A stretch of 21,216 nt of DNA from Chthoniobacteraceae bacterium. GTDB taxonomy: Bacteria > Verrucomicrobiota > Verrucomicrobiia > Chthoniobacterales > Chthoniobacteraceae. The translations under genes and the position numbers were made by a program. The number at the start of each line of letters is the position of its first letter. Positions within the stretch are counted from its first letter, which is position 1. Below the pieces are notes generated by a model that was not told where the DNA came from, made no database searches, and saw nothing but the letters and a program-made list of their open reading frames with translations. Positions 9,579-19,500 of the stretch are shown piece after piece. The stretch lies in the NCBI GenBank assembly GCA_031409335.1, contig JANNWY010000177.1, positions 1-21,216 on the forward strand, written 5' to 3'.

Positions 9579-9582
9579 GAAA

Positions 9583-10068
9583 ATGCATCTTCACCGGGAC
9601 GATCAGGATCACATGGAACTCGGGGAAATGGATTTCCTGTGCAGCCAGTTCGTCCTCCAAATCATCCCCAGCGCAACTGCCACCGACAGCCCCGCCGCGA
9701 CCCGTCGCCTCTACAGCGCGCCGACGGATGGCCGCGATCCGGAATTCGAGCAGGACTGGAAAGACTACGTGCATCCAGACTTGCGCAATATTTTCCGAAG
9801 CGCGCAGGAAATCGTCGAAGGCGATCTCAAGCGCTTCAAACCCACCGAATCGGATGAATCCGCCACATTGCGGATCCCGATCAAACATCTCGAGGCATGG
9901 ATTCACACCCTGAATCAGGCGCGCCTTGCCATTTCAGCGAAGTACGATTTTGGCGAAGAGGACATGACAAAGCCGCTATCCCTCGCCGCCGACGCCCGCG
10001 GCCTCGCCCTTTTTCAAGTCAACTTTTACGGCTTCATGCAGGAGTGTTTTTTGCAGCAATTGGATTGA
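9583..10068 (+). CDS. DUF2017 family protein
   Basis: RRLYSAP..DWKDYVHPDL and AWIHTLNQARLA motifs. Sits in the usual position right after clpS. Confidence 0.75.
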   Translation: MHLHRDDQDHMELGEMDFLCSQFVLQIIPSATATDSPAATRRLYSAPTDGRDPEFEQDWKDYVHPDLRNIFRSAQEIVEGDLKRFKPTESDESATLRIPIKHLEAWIHTLNQARLAISAKYDFGEEDMTKPLSLAADARGLALFQVNFYGFMQECFLQQLD

Positions 10069-10089
10069 GCCGTTTCGCGAGCCAAAATG

Positions 10090-10345
10090 AGCGAGAGCCA
10101 GAGCGCCATCACTTTTCCCAAGGGCATGAAATGGTTTTGCCGCCCGGCGTGGGGATCAGGATCGCTTTCGTCTGCCAGCGCGCGCCGCAGAAATCACCGA
10201 GGTTCGCGATCTTCAAGAGGTCGCCGTGGCGCTGATCGAGATTGAGGAAACGCGCGTAGCCGACGCCAGTGGCCCAGGCGGAATTGAGGTCGCGGCGATT
10301 GCGCCCGCGCATGGTGAAATGGCTCGCGCCCGCCGAGGGCGATGC
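10090..10345 (-). pseudogene. Internal fragment of a probable GH51 alpha-L-arabinofuranosidase gene
   Basis: HFTMRGRNRRDLNSAWATGVGYARFLNLDQRHGDLLKIANLGDFCGARWQTKAILIPTPGG, then after a frameshift MPLGKVMALW. High GC at third positions and no convincing start. The family call is from recalled similarity. Confidence 0.5.
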
Positions 10346-10353
10346 GCTCCGGG

Positions 10354-11484
10354 TTAGTTTGCAGCGCAATCCACGCGTACCACCCGCGGCCCGATTCCGG
10401 TGAAAATTTCATACGCGATGGTGCCCGCTTTTTCCGCGAGTTCGGCGGCGAGAAGCGCCTCGTCGCCCTGCGCGCCGAGCAGCACGGCTTCCTCGCCGAC
10501 CGACGCTTCGGGGAGCGCGGTCACGTCCGCCAAAATTTGATCCATCGTCACCCGCCCGAGCACGGCGCAGCGCTGGCCGCGGATGAGCACCTCGGCCCCG
10601 CGCCCGGATAGATGCCGCCGGTAGCCATCGGCGTATCCGACCGCGAGCGTGGCGATGCGCATCGGGCGATCCGTCGTGAAGGTGCGCCCGTAGCTCACGC
10701 TGCGGCCTTCGCCGACATCGCGCACGAGCACCACGCGCGTTTTCCACGTCAGCGCGGCGCGCAGTTCCGGCTGAAACGCGGGCACTGGCGAGCTGCCATA
10801 AAGCATCAGCCCGGTGCGCACCATGTCGCCGGCGTGGGCGGGAAAGCCGATGACGCCCGCGCTGTTCTCGACATGGACGATCGGCGACGCGAGCCCGTCG
10901 GCGCGGAGTTGCGCGACGAGTTTTTCAAAATGCCCGAGCTGGGTGTGCGTGAATGTTTCATCCGAATCCGCCACTGGCAGGTGCGACGCGAGTCCGACAA
11001 TGCGGACGCCATCGAGCGCGCGGATGGCGCGGACAATTTCCAGCGCATCATCCTGCCAGACGCCGATCCGGCCCATTCCCGTATCGAGTTTTACGTGAAT
11101 ATCGAACGGCGCGGCGGCCGCGAGCGCCGCGTAGGCTTGCGCTTCCGCCAGATCCGAAACGAGCGGGATGAATCGCCGCTCCACGATCTGCGCGCGCTCT
11201 TCCGGCAGCGCCGGGCCGAGGATGTAAATGGGATGCTGCTCCGCCAGCGCCCGCACCAGGCGTGCCTCCGCGACATTCGCGACGCCAAAAATTTCCACCG
11301 ACTCGGCCAGCGCCGGAACGACGATCCCGACGCCGTGCCCATACGCGTCCGCCTTCACCACGGCCATGATCCGCACGCGCTCGCTGGTGAGCGCGCGGAC
11401 CACTGCCACATTGTGCCGCAGCGCGGCGGTGTCGATTTCAGCCCAGGTGCGGGGATGCTCGGGTGATGGCGGTCGTGGGTTCAA
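10354..11484 (-). CDS. alr: Alanine racemase
   Basis: AVVKADAYGHG (PLP Lys), KLDTGMGRIG, SVSYG and GRVTMDQ. Probable TTG start at 11484 with AGGA upstream. Confidence 0.95.
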   Translation of the reverse strand: MNPRPPSPEHPRTWAEIDTAALRHNVAVVRALTSERVRIMAVVKADAYGHGVGIVVPALAESVEIFGVANVAEARLVRALAEQHPIYILGPALPEERAQIVERRFIPLVSDLAEAQAYAALAAAAPFDIHVKLDTGMGRIGVWQDDALEIVRAIRALDGVRIVGLASHLPVADSDETFTHTQLGHFEKLVAQLRADGLASPIVHVENSAGVIGFPAHAGDMVRTGLMLYGSSPVPAFQPELRAALTWKTRVVLVRDVGEGRSVSYGRTFTTDRPMRIATLAVGYADGYRRHLSGRGAEVLIRGQRCAVLGRVTMDQILADVTALPEASVGEEAVLLGAQGDEALLAAELAEKAGTIAYEIFTGIGPRVVRVDCAAN

Positions 11485-11604
11485 GGCCGGGCTTTTCCTA
11501 GAAAGGTCGCGCGACTTCAATCCCGGACTCGCGCGCAAAGCTGCTTGCACTCGCCGCAATCGTCCTTAAAACCCATATCTCCCTTCAATCTCACCGCCCG
11601 ATTT

Positions 11605-12408
11605 ATGCTCACTTTTCGCTTCGCGCCGCTCGTCGGAATCGCTCTCACCGCAGCCATCGCACTCGTCCCGGGACCGTCTGTGGACGCCGCGCCTGCAGCG
11701 GCATCGAAGCCGGAGGCGCGAAAGGCCGAAGCCGTGGTCGAAGCCGCGCCGACCAAATCCGTGCCGATCCGGCGCGCGACCGCCAGCCCGCGCACCGCTG
11801 TGACAAAAGCGGCACCGGTCCCGGCAGCGACGCCCGCTCCGAAAAAGCCCGGTTTTTGGGAGCGCGTCTTCGGGAAGAAGAAGGCCGCGCCCACACCCGT
11901 GCCGGCGACACCGACTCCGAAGCCTGCCTATAAAAAGAAGGCGATCACCAAGGCGCGAAAGCCCAAGCCCAAAATCACCACCTCCCGCCCGGACGAAACC
12001 GCTCCGACTCCCGGACGCACCGACGCCGCAAACGTCGAGCCAGGGACCAACGAGGAGGGGAAGACGCCGCCTGCAATGACTGAGGAGAATCCGAAGCCGC
12101 CGATCGCGCGGAAGCCCAAACCGAAGAAGGGCGACAAGAGCCAGAATTTCCCGCCGACGACGGACAACCCGGATGCCGAGATCGTCGAGAAACAGAAATA
12201 CGATCAGGCCAAAGCGAAGGCCGTGGCCGACCCGAAGATCCAGGAGCTTCGCGGAAAGGCCGATCTCGCGGCGAACGAAGAGGAGTCGCGCAAAGCCTTG
12301 CGCGCTTACAATAAGGCAATGTTCAAGCGCATGAAGGAAGTGGAGCCGAGCATCAAAGACCACATCGATGACATGGAGGCCGAGGTGCTGAAGCGCATCG
12401 GCGAATAA
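11605..12408 (+). CDS. Secreted Lys/Pro/Ala-rich low-complexity protein with helical C-terminal domain
   Basis: Signal peptide MLTFRFAPLVGIALTAAIAL, a PAATP/KPKPK-rich region, KKPGFWERVFG, and a helical C-terminus. Confidence 0.8.
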   Translation: MLTFRFAPLVGIALTAAIALVPGPSVDAAPAAASKPEARKAEAVVEAAPTKSVPIRRATASPRTAVTKAAPVPAATPAPKKPGFWERVFGKKKAAPTPVPATPTPKPAYKKKAITKARKPKPKITTSRPDETAPTPGRTDAANVEPGTNEEGKTPPAMTEENPKPPIARKPKPKKGDKSQNFPPTTDNPDAEIVEKQKYDQAKAKAVADPKIQELRGKADLAANEEESRKALRAYNKAMFKRMKEVEPSIKDHIDDMEAEVLKRIGE

Positions 12409-12415
12409 GCGGGCG

Positions 12416-13270
12416 ATGCGCGCCCTGCTGCCACTGCTGCTCGCCACCGCGACGGCGCTGGCGATCGACGACTACAAGCTGACGCCCGACCACGAGGAAA
12501 AACCGGATGTGCCGCGCGGCGTGGTCACGAAACAGGAGCCGTGGCAGTCAAAGATTTTCCCGAACACGACGCGCGACTGGTGGATCTATGTGCCCGCGCA
12601 ATACAACTCCGCGCAGCCCGCGGCGGTGATGGTTTTTCAAGACGGCCACGACTACGTCAGCGCCAAAAGCAACTGGCGCGTGCCGATCGTTTTCGACAAT
12701 CTGATTGCGCGCGGCGAACTGCCGCCGATCATCGCGATCTTCATCAATCCCGGGCACGATCCCGCGAAAGGTGAGCCGAAAAATCCGTGGAGCGTGAGCA
12801 ATCGCAGCTTCGAATACGACTCGCTCGGCGATCGTTTCGCGCACTTCATCATCGATGAAATGCTGCCCGAAGCCGCCAAGACCTACAACCTCACGAAAGA
12901 CCCCGGGCAGCGCGCGATTTGCGGCGCGAGCAGCGGGGGAATTTGTGCGTTCACCGTCGCGTGGGAGCGTCCCGATCAATTTCGCAAAGTGCTCTCGACC
13001 ATCGGCAGTTTCGTGAATCTCCGCGGCGGAGACGCCTATCCATCGCTGGTCCGCAAGACCGAGGCGAAACCAATCCGCGTCTTCCTGCAAGACGGCGAAA
13101 ACGATCTCGACAATCCCTTTGGCAACTGGCCGCTCGCCAACAAACAAATGCACGCCGCGCTCAAATACATGAAGTACGACGTGCGCTTCGAACTCGGCGA
13201 CGGCGCGCACAACAGCAAACACGGCGGCGCGATTTTCCCCGACGCGGTGAAGTGGCTCTGGCGGAAGTAG
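12416..13270 (+). CDS. Alpha/beta hydrolase, enterochelin-esterase-like, secreted
   Basis: Signal peptide, YVPAQY, VFQDG, GASSGG nucleophile elbow, DGENDLDN and GAH. Confidence 0.9.
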   Translation: MRALLPLLLATATALAIDDYKLTPDHEEKPDVPRGVVTKQEPWQSKIFPNTTRDWWIYVPAQYNSAQPAAVMVFQDGHDYVSAKSNWRVPIVFDNLIARGELPPIIAIFINPGHDPAKGEPKNPWSVSNRSFEYDSLGDRFAHFIIDEMLPEAAKTYNLTKDPGQRAICGASSGGICAFTVAWERPDQFRKVLSTIGSFVNLRGGDAYPSLVRKTEAKPIRVFLQDGENDLDNPFGNWPLANKQMHAALKYMKYDVRFELGDGAHNSKHGGAIFPDAVKWLWRK

Positions 13271-13286
13271 CGCGGCGCAAAGCAGC

Positions 13287-13306
13287 TCATGCGGCCCCCC
13301 GCATGA
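13287..13306. terminator. Hairpin after the esterase gene, possible terminator or REP-like element
   Basis: TCATGCGG-CCCC-CCGCATGA forms a perfect 8-bp stem. There is no U-tract. Confidence 0.35.
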
Positions 13307-13363
13307 ATCTCCCTGCACGCGCAGCGCGACACTTACCCGCGGAGTTTGGCGAGTGTGCGTGGG

Positions 13364-13399
13364 TTCCTGTTTCCCAATTCCCAATTCCTAAATCATAGT
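13364..13399 (+). promoter_or_regulatory. Heptamer repeat overlapping a putative promoter (TTCCCA-N17-CATAGT)
   Basis: TTCCTGT TTCCCAA TTCCCAA TTCCTAA at 13364-13391. CATAGT at 13394-13399 is 6 nt before the GTG at 13406. Confidence 0.45.
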
Positions 13400-13405
13400 C
13401 CCCTC

Positions 13406-14653
13406 GTGACTCCGCATGAGATCAAGCCCAAGCAACTGCGCGCGCTACTGCTGCTGCTCGTGCTGCTGCCGCTGATCCCGATCGTGCTGATGGTGCGCTT
13501 CGTCGGCGATCTTTTGGAAATCGACCGCGCGTCCGCGATCGAGGGGCTCGCGAGCGCGGGCCGGCAGACTCTTTTGAAAGGCGAGATGAGTTTTGCGAAG
13601 AAGATCGGTGGACTCGCGGCGGCGGTGACCGCGGCGGACGTGGCCGAGTTCTACGGGGGAATCATCGAGGGCGATCAGGCCGCGAGCGTTCTCGACGATG
13701 CGGGGCAGCTCGTGGCGGGGAGCGGTCGCGGGGCCGGTGGAGTCATCGCGCAGGTGTCGCTGGAAAATCTTTCGCTGCCGTGGACGGTCGAGATTTCGCT
13801 CGCGAATCCGGCGGCGCTCAATGCGGGCGTGAAGGATCGCATGCGGAGTTACGTTTGGACGGTGATCGTGGCGATTGTCGCGGTGGCGCTCATCGCGATC
13901 ACCGCGGCGATCACGGTCGGGCGGCAGATCGCGCTGCATGAATTGAAGACGACTTCCGTGGCCACCGTCGCGCATGAGTTGCGCACGCCGCTCGCATCCA
14001 TGCGCATGCTCGTGGACACGCTGCGCGAGGGGCGCTACCGCGGCGAATCGCAGCTTCAGGAATATCTAGACATGGTTGCCAGCGAAAACCTGCGGCTCAG
14101 CCGGCTCATCGACAATTTCCTCACGCTCTCGCGCCTCGAACGCAACGAGCACGCCATCACCCTTCAGCCCACGTCGGCGCATGAAATCATCGAGCAAGCC
14201 GTCCACGCGATGCGCGCAAAGCTCGAAGTCCCCGGCTGCCATTTCACCTGCGACGAAGGCGAATCGCTCCCCGACATTCTCGCCGATCGCGACGCGATGG
14301 TCGTCGTGCTCGTGAACCTGCTCGACAACGCCGTGAAGTACACCGGCAACGACAAGCACATCGACCTCCTCGCGCGCGACGCCTCGGGCCGGGTCTTCAT
14401 CAGCATTCAGGATAACGGCATCGGTCTTTCCAAATCCGAACGCAAAAACGTGTTCCGCCGCTTTTACCAAGTGGACCAAAAACTCTCCCGCTCGCGCGGC
14501 GGTTGCGGGCTCGGGCTCGCGCTCGTGCAGCACATCGTCGAGGCGCACGGTGGTCGCGTCGATGTGAGCAGCCAGCTCGGGCGCGGCACCACGTTCACGG
14601 TATCGGTGCCGATCGCGACATCCGCGAAAAACCCGCTGGGAACGCCCGTATGA
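13406..14653 (+). CDS. Sensor histidine kinase (HisKA + HATPase)
   Basis: Two TM helices, H-box VAHELRTPL, N-box NLLDNAVKY, DNGIG and GCGLGL. Confidence 0.95.
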   Translation: MTPHEIKPKQLRALLLLLVLLPLIPIVLMVRFVGDLLEIDRASAIEGLASAGRQTLLKGEMSFAKKIGGLAAAVTAADVAEFYGGIIEGDQAASVLDDAGQLVAGSGRGAGGVIAQVSLENLSLPWTVEISLANPAALNAGVKDRMRSYVWTVIVAIVAVALIAITAAITVGRQIALHELKTTSVATVAHELRTPLASMRMLVDTLREGRYRGESQLQEYLDMVASENLRLSRLIDNFLTLSRLERNEHAITLQPTSAHEIIEQAVHAMRAKLEVPGCHFTCDEGESLPDILADRDAMVVVLVNLLDNAVKYTGNDKHIDLLARDASGRVFISIQDNGIGLSKSERKNVFRRFYQVDQKLSRSRGGCGLGLALVQHIVEAHGGRVDVSSQLGRGTTFTVSVPIATSAKNPLGTPV

Positions 14654-14669
14654 ATTCAATGGACCGATC

Positions 14670-14781
<112 letters not shown>

Positions 14782-14792
14782 TCCCCTCCCCC

Positions 14793-15467
14793 ATGGAAAC
14801 CATCCTAATCATCGAAGACGACCCCGTGATGCTGCGCGGGCTGAAGGACAACTTCGAGTTTGAAGGCTACACCGTGAAAACCGCGACCGACGGCGACTCC
14901 GGGCTGAAAGAAGCGCTCCGCGTGCAGCCCGATCTCATCATCCTCGACCTCATGCTGCCAAAAGTGAACGGCTACGAAATCTGCCGCTTTCTCCGCGAGG
15001 AAAAGCAGGACATGCCGATCATCATGCTCACCGCCAAGGGTCTCGAATCAGACAAAGTCCTCGGCCTCAAACTCGGAGCGGACGACTACGTCACCAAGCC
15101 TTTCAGCATCAAGGAACTCCTCGCCCGCGCCGAAGCCATCCTCCGCCGCCGCCGCCAAAGCGCGCCCGATTTGCGCGAGTTCGGCGACTGCCAGCTCGAC
15201 GCCAATTCCCGCTCCCTCACGCGCAATGGCCAGGAAGTCCCGCTCTCGCCAAAGGAGTTCGAACTGCTCGCCTATTTCGTGAACAACGCCGGGCGCGCGC
15301 TCAGTCGCGACACCATCATGACGAACGTGTGGGGCTACGACTGCATGGTCACGCCGCGCAGCATCGACCGCTTCGTGAATGCGCTGCGCAACAAAATCGA
15401 ACCCGACCCCGCCAACCCGCACCACATCAAAACGGTGCGGGAGTTTGGCTACAAGTTTGAGGCGTGA
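14793..15467 (+). CDS. OmpR/PhoB family response regulator
   Basis: ILIIEDD, DLMLP, MLTAK, GADDYVTKPF and the winged-helix KTVREFGYKF. Confidence 0.95.
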   Translation: METILIIEDDPVMLRGLKDNFEFEGYTVKTATDGDSGLKEALRVQPDLIILDLMLPKVNGYEICRFLREEKQDMPIIMLTAKGLESDKVLGLKLGADDYVTKPFSIKELLARAEAILRRRRQSAPDLREFGDCQLDANSRSLTRNGQEVPLSPKEFELLAYFVNNAGRALSRDTIMTNVWGYDCMVTPRSIDRFVNALRNKIEPDPANPHHIKTVREFGYKFEA

Positions 15468-15492
15468 AGCGGGCGGAGTTTTCCCGCAGACC

Positions 15493-16050
15493 TCACGCCC
15501 GTCCGAGATACTCGCCCGTCGTCGTCGAGATTTTCACCATCTCGCCTTCCTTGATGAACAGCGGCACGGTGACGGTTTTCCCGGTTTCCAGCACCGCGGG
15601 CTTTTGCACGTTGTTCGCGCTATCGCCGCGCACGCCTTCCGCGCTTTCGATGACCTTCAAAATAACCTGTGAAGGCAACTGAAGATTCGCCGCCTTGCCT
15701 TCCACATAAAGGATTTCGCACTTCAGATTCTCCATCAGATAATCCTTCGCCTCGCCGACGAAACTCTCGTCGAACGTCACCGTCTCATAAGTCTGCGGGT
15801 CCATGAAATTGTAGCCCCCCTGATCCTTGTAGGAGAACTCGAGTTCCTTCCGCTCCACATCGACTTGATCCACTTTATCCGTCGATCCAAAGCGGATGTC
15901 CGCCGATTTGCCGGTGCCGATATAGCGGATGATGACCTGCACGAAAGCACGCAGATTTCCCGGCGTGCGGTGCATCACCTCGAGCACGATCGCGGGGTTG
16001 CTGTTGTAGCGGATGCACATGCCTTTGCGGAGATCGTTGGCGTTGGCCAT
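15493..16050 (-). CDS. efp: Elongation factor P (PGNLR loop variant)
   Basis: ANDLRKG, HRTPGNLRAFV, FMDPQTYE, KPAVLETG..VPLFIKEGE and GEYLGRA. The true start is MANAND at 16050. Confidence 0.97.
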   Translation of the reverse strand: MANANDLRKGMCIRYNSNPAIVLEVMHRTPGNLRAFVQVIIRYIGTGKSADIRFGSTDKVDQVDVERKELEFSYKDQGGYNFMDPQTYETVTFDESFVGEAKDYLMENLKCEILYVEGKAANLQLPSQVILKVIESAEGVRGDSANNVQKPAVLETGKTVTVPLFIKEGEMVKISTTTGEYLGRA

Positions 16051-16060
16051 TTTTGGGAAA

Positions 16061-16088
16061 AGTTGAGAGTGGAAGGTTGAGAGTTGAG
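16061..16088. repeat. Heptamer tandem repeat in the efp leader
   Basis: AGTTGAG AGTGGAA GGTTGAG AGTTGAG, ending 10 nt from the efp ATG. Confidence 0.7.
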
Positions 16089-16113
16089 CGCCGCGCTTGC
16101 GGAAAGGGCCGGG

Positions 16114-16142
16114 ACTATGGATGAGGGATTTTCCGCTGGCAA
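16114..16142 (-). promoter_or_regulatory. Putative efp promoter TTGCCA-N17-CATAGT
   Basis: The minus strand reads ttgcca gcggaaaatccctcatc catagt. Confidence 0.55.
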
Positions 16143-16534
16143 CTCCCCAAATCACGCCGAATTGGCATGGTCGCGACGCAAAGCCTGCGGCCCCGCGTTC
16201 ATCCCGGCCTCCCGCCGCTGCCCGCGCGGAAAAATTACCCCGAGTAAATCTGCCACACCTCTTCCGGCGGCAATACTAACGGTAATACCGCCTAAACCGC
16301 ATCGTAGTTGCAGGCGTGGGGCGTACCTCGCGCCTTCATTCCTTGAATTGAAAAACGAAGTCTTGACGGACGTTGTGTCGATTTGCCAGCGTCCTTCCCG
16401 CTAACCCCGAGGTTTTCCATCCCCATGACTTGCACGCCTTCCCAATCGCCGACGGTTTTTCGGCCTTTGCTCATGGCGGCACGATCCCACCCACTTTTCT
16501 CCGCCCGCCGCATGTAGCCCCTTTAGCCCACCCC

Positions 16535-19500
16535 ATGAAGACCCGCCCGTCCCCCCCCCCGCAGCCACGTCGCAGCATTTCACGAATGGACGCTGGCGCT
16601 GGCTTCTCCGAGGGCTTGGCCTCGTCTGCATGGCGTTTTCCACGGCGCTGGCGGAAAACTGGCAGTCTTTTGAACTCTGGGTGAATCCTGGCCGGAACGG
16701 GCATCAGTTTTCCCTGTTGGGACCGGATTTGATTGGCGCGAGCGCCGCTCATTTCGGGCTGGCCGACTACAACGGGTTGGCTACCCACCTGTCGATTTGG
16801 GCGGATGTGGATTTGGGGGTCGCGATCAGCGATGACACCAACGGAGATTTTTTCCACATGCAAACCGGCGCTTTCAACGACCCCGACCAGCGTCTGGTCC
16901 AGTGGTTTCGCGAGGATGGCTCCACCGGCGTTCCTTCCGCATCCGACCGGCAATTCTTCCTGATCGGTGAAGGCCGGGCGACGCATGGATTCCTGCTGGA
17001 ACAGCCCGGCGGCGCGTTTTACCTGGCCCAGGTCGGGTCGGTCGTTCCGGGCACGGCCAATCTTCCCGGCGGGCCGCGCCGCGAGTTGTCCTCGCTCTTC
17101 GATCCTTCCGCTGCCGATTTTTGGATTCTCGATCTCACGACATTGCAACGCTCTTCCTCGCACACGCTCGATCTGGCGCTGGCTTCCTGGGTTCCCTACA
17201 CCGCGCCACTGCCCACGCGATACTTCCGGTTCTTTCTCGATGGGCAGGAAACGGGGCGGACCTTCACGCTGCATAGCCGCTCCCCAGGCGGTTCGGAGCA
17301 GTTGCAGTCGGTCATCGCGGAGCCGTTGAATTCTTTCACCTTATATTCGGATGTTGGCTATTTCGATGAGGAAGGAACGCTTTATACGATGGATCATCTC
17401 TACGGCCCGATCACTGTGCCAAACGGTTCCGCCAGTTTCGAAGGCCAGATCGGTCTGGGCATGGAATTCTGGCTGACCCGCGATGCGGACGGCGCGGCGA
17501 GCCCGCGCAGACTGGTGGCGCCGTCCGGTGCTCCCCATGCCTCTTTATTGGGAGCGTTCCCGCCGCTGCCTCCGCCCACCACGCGCGTTCCCGTCCGGGT
17601 TCCCGACCCTTCTGAAACATGGCTGGCGTACTGCTATGCGCCGGATGGCAATGGCACTTATTTGGACGACTCCTTTCCCATCACCCCGGAAAACTGGACG
17701 ACCCTCTATTCCTACGACGACTCTGGCCAGGTCGATTTTACACTGCAGGTCATCAGCGGCTATGTCGAAATCCCGCTGGGTGCTTCGGTGGCGTTTCTTT
17801 ATACGACGGACGGTATGAATCAGGTCGCTGGCACCGACGCCGTGGTGTGGACCCCCACCCACGAGCAACCGCCCGAGCTGTTGCCCGGCACGCTGGTTCT
17901 GGAAGTTTTCGGAGGCCGGAAAGATCACCAATTTTTCCTCGAGCAACCGGATAGCTTGGGAAACTGGCAAACGTTTTTCTCCTTCACGCCCGGCGACCCG
18001 GCCTGGCAGATCGGGGATGGCTGGACGACGGTTTCTTATACCAACGATTTTGGCGCGCAAGTGACCGTGAACGTGGGTAACTACGTGGCGGACAATCAAT
18101 ATGCCTGGTTTCAAGACGCGGAAAACCTGCTCTATGAAATCTCTCGGGTGACCATCGCCTACAACAGCAACCGCCCCTTTCGCATTCGGGATGTCACGAC
18201 CGGCGAAACCGCCCCGGAGGGAGTCACCAATCTCGGGCGATGGTTTCCGCCCCAGTCGGGGAAATCCCTAAAACTTTCAAGTTCCCGCTGGGGCCACGAT
18301 CTCTGGTTAGTGCATCCCGATGGCAGCGAGTCGCAGGTCGTCCAAAACGCCACACAGGGCAGCATTCAATTGACGGCCTCCGGCGCGTCCTGGTGGACCG
18401 ACTACTACTGGTTCGACGCATCGGTCCCCTGGCATGGCTTTCTCCCGTGGCGGCTGGAAGACCGGACAGATGGCGCTTTCACCCCGTTCCATCCACCCGG
18501 CGCAACCCCGGATTTCGTGAACTGGATCGCCGTCACGGCTCCACATGGTCTCACCGCACATTATGTCGCGCGGACTTCCACAAAGCCTGCCGGTATCTTG
18601 GTTCAGTGGACGCCCGGCGAACCACCCACCGGCGGCGGCTTCATCATCGAACGCCGCAAAAGCAAGACGGCATTTGGCCCATACACCCACTGGCATGAAC
18701 TCGATCGCGTGGGCGATGACAGCACGAGTTATTTTGATACCCGGCTGTTGCCCGGCCAGTTTGCCATCTACCGGGTGCGCGCCTTCTTCGGCGATCGCCG
18801 TTCAGCACCGAGTAATCTTTACCTCGCCACCATGTGGCGCCTGCGCGATGGCATCCTCCAGCCTCCCATTGGCGCACCCAGCGGCGGCTCCGGCCCGACC
18901 AGCGACCCTCCCGGAGGTGATGGCGGAAGCGGTGGAAATGCAGGCATCCCCGGTGATGGCGACGGCGATGGTGATCCGGACAATGACAGCGATGGCGTGG
19001 TGGACACCGATGACCGGTATCCCGACGACGAAAATCGGAGTGAGGATATCCCGGTGAAGTTTTATGGAGTCATTGATCTGAGCCAGTATCAATATCAAGG
19101 GCAGCCTTTACCACAGGGCACGCTGTCCCACGTCGCCATCGACGACAAAAACCGCGTTTCATGGATGGTTCAGGGTGAGCCGGTCACGACTACCAGCGGC
19201 AACATCCACAGCCCCGGAGGTATGACGAGCGAAACCATCACCAAGACGAACATTCCTACCTTTGCTGACGGGACGATCACCAACGTCGCGGAGGTGCAGA
19301 GGTATTACTGGAAATGGACTTTCCAGGACGAGGACGCCCCCCCACCCAACATCTCGTACGACGAATTCTTCGAAGATTTCCAATTCAACGGCCTGCTCGG
19401 GAGCGGCCAGCCGTTTGGCAGTCATCACGTGTCGAGCGGCGGGTCCAAGTATTACCGCGGGTTTCCCGGTGAGCACCGTGTGCCCAATGCGCTGCTGCTC

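Noticed and set aside
15469..15487. GCGGG..CCCGC hairpin between the convergent regulator and efp
   Set aside because: The stem is only 5 bp with no flanking U-tract, too weak to call a terminator.
16143..16420. tRNA, riboswitch or ncRNA in the long intergenic region
   Set aside because: No T-loop, CCA end or riboswitch consensus was recognised. An Rfam/Infernal scan would be needed to exclude it.
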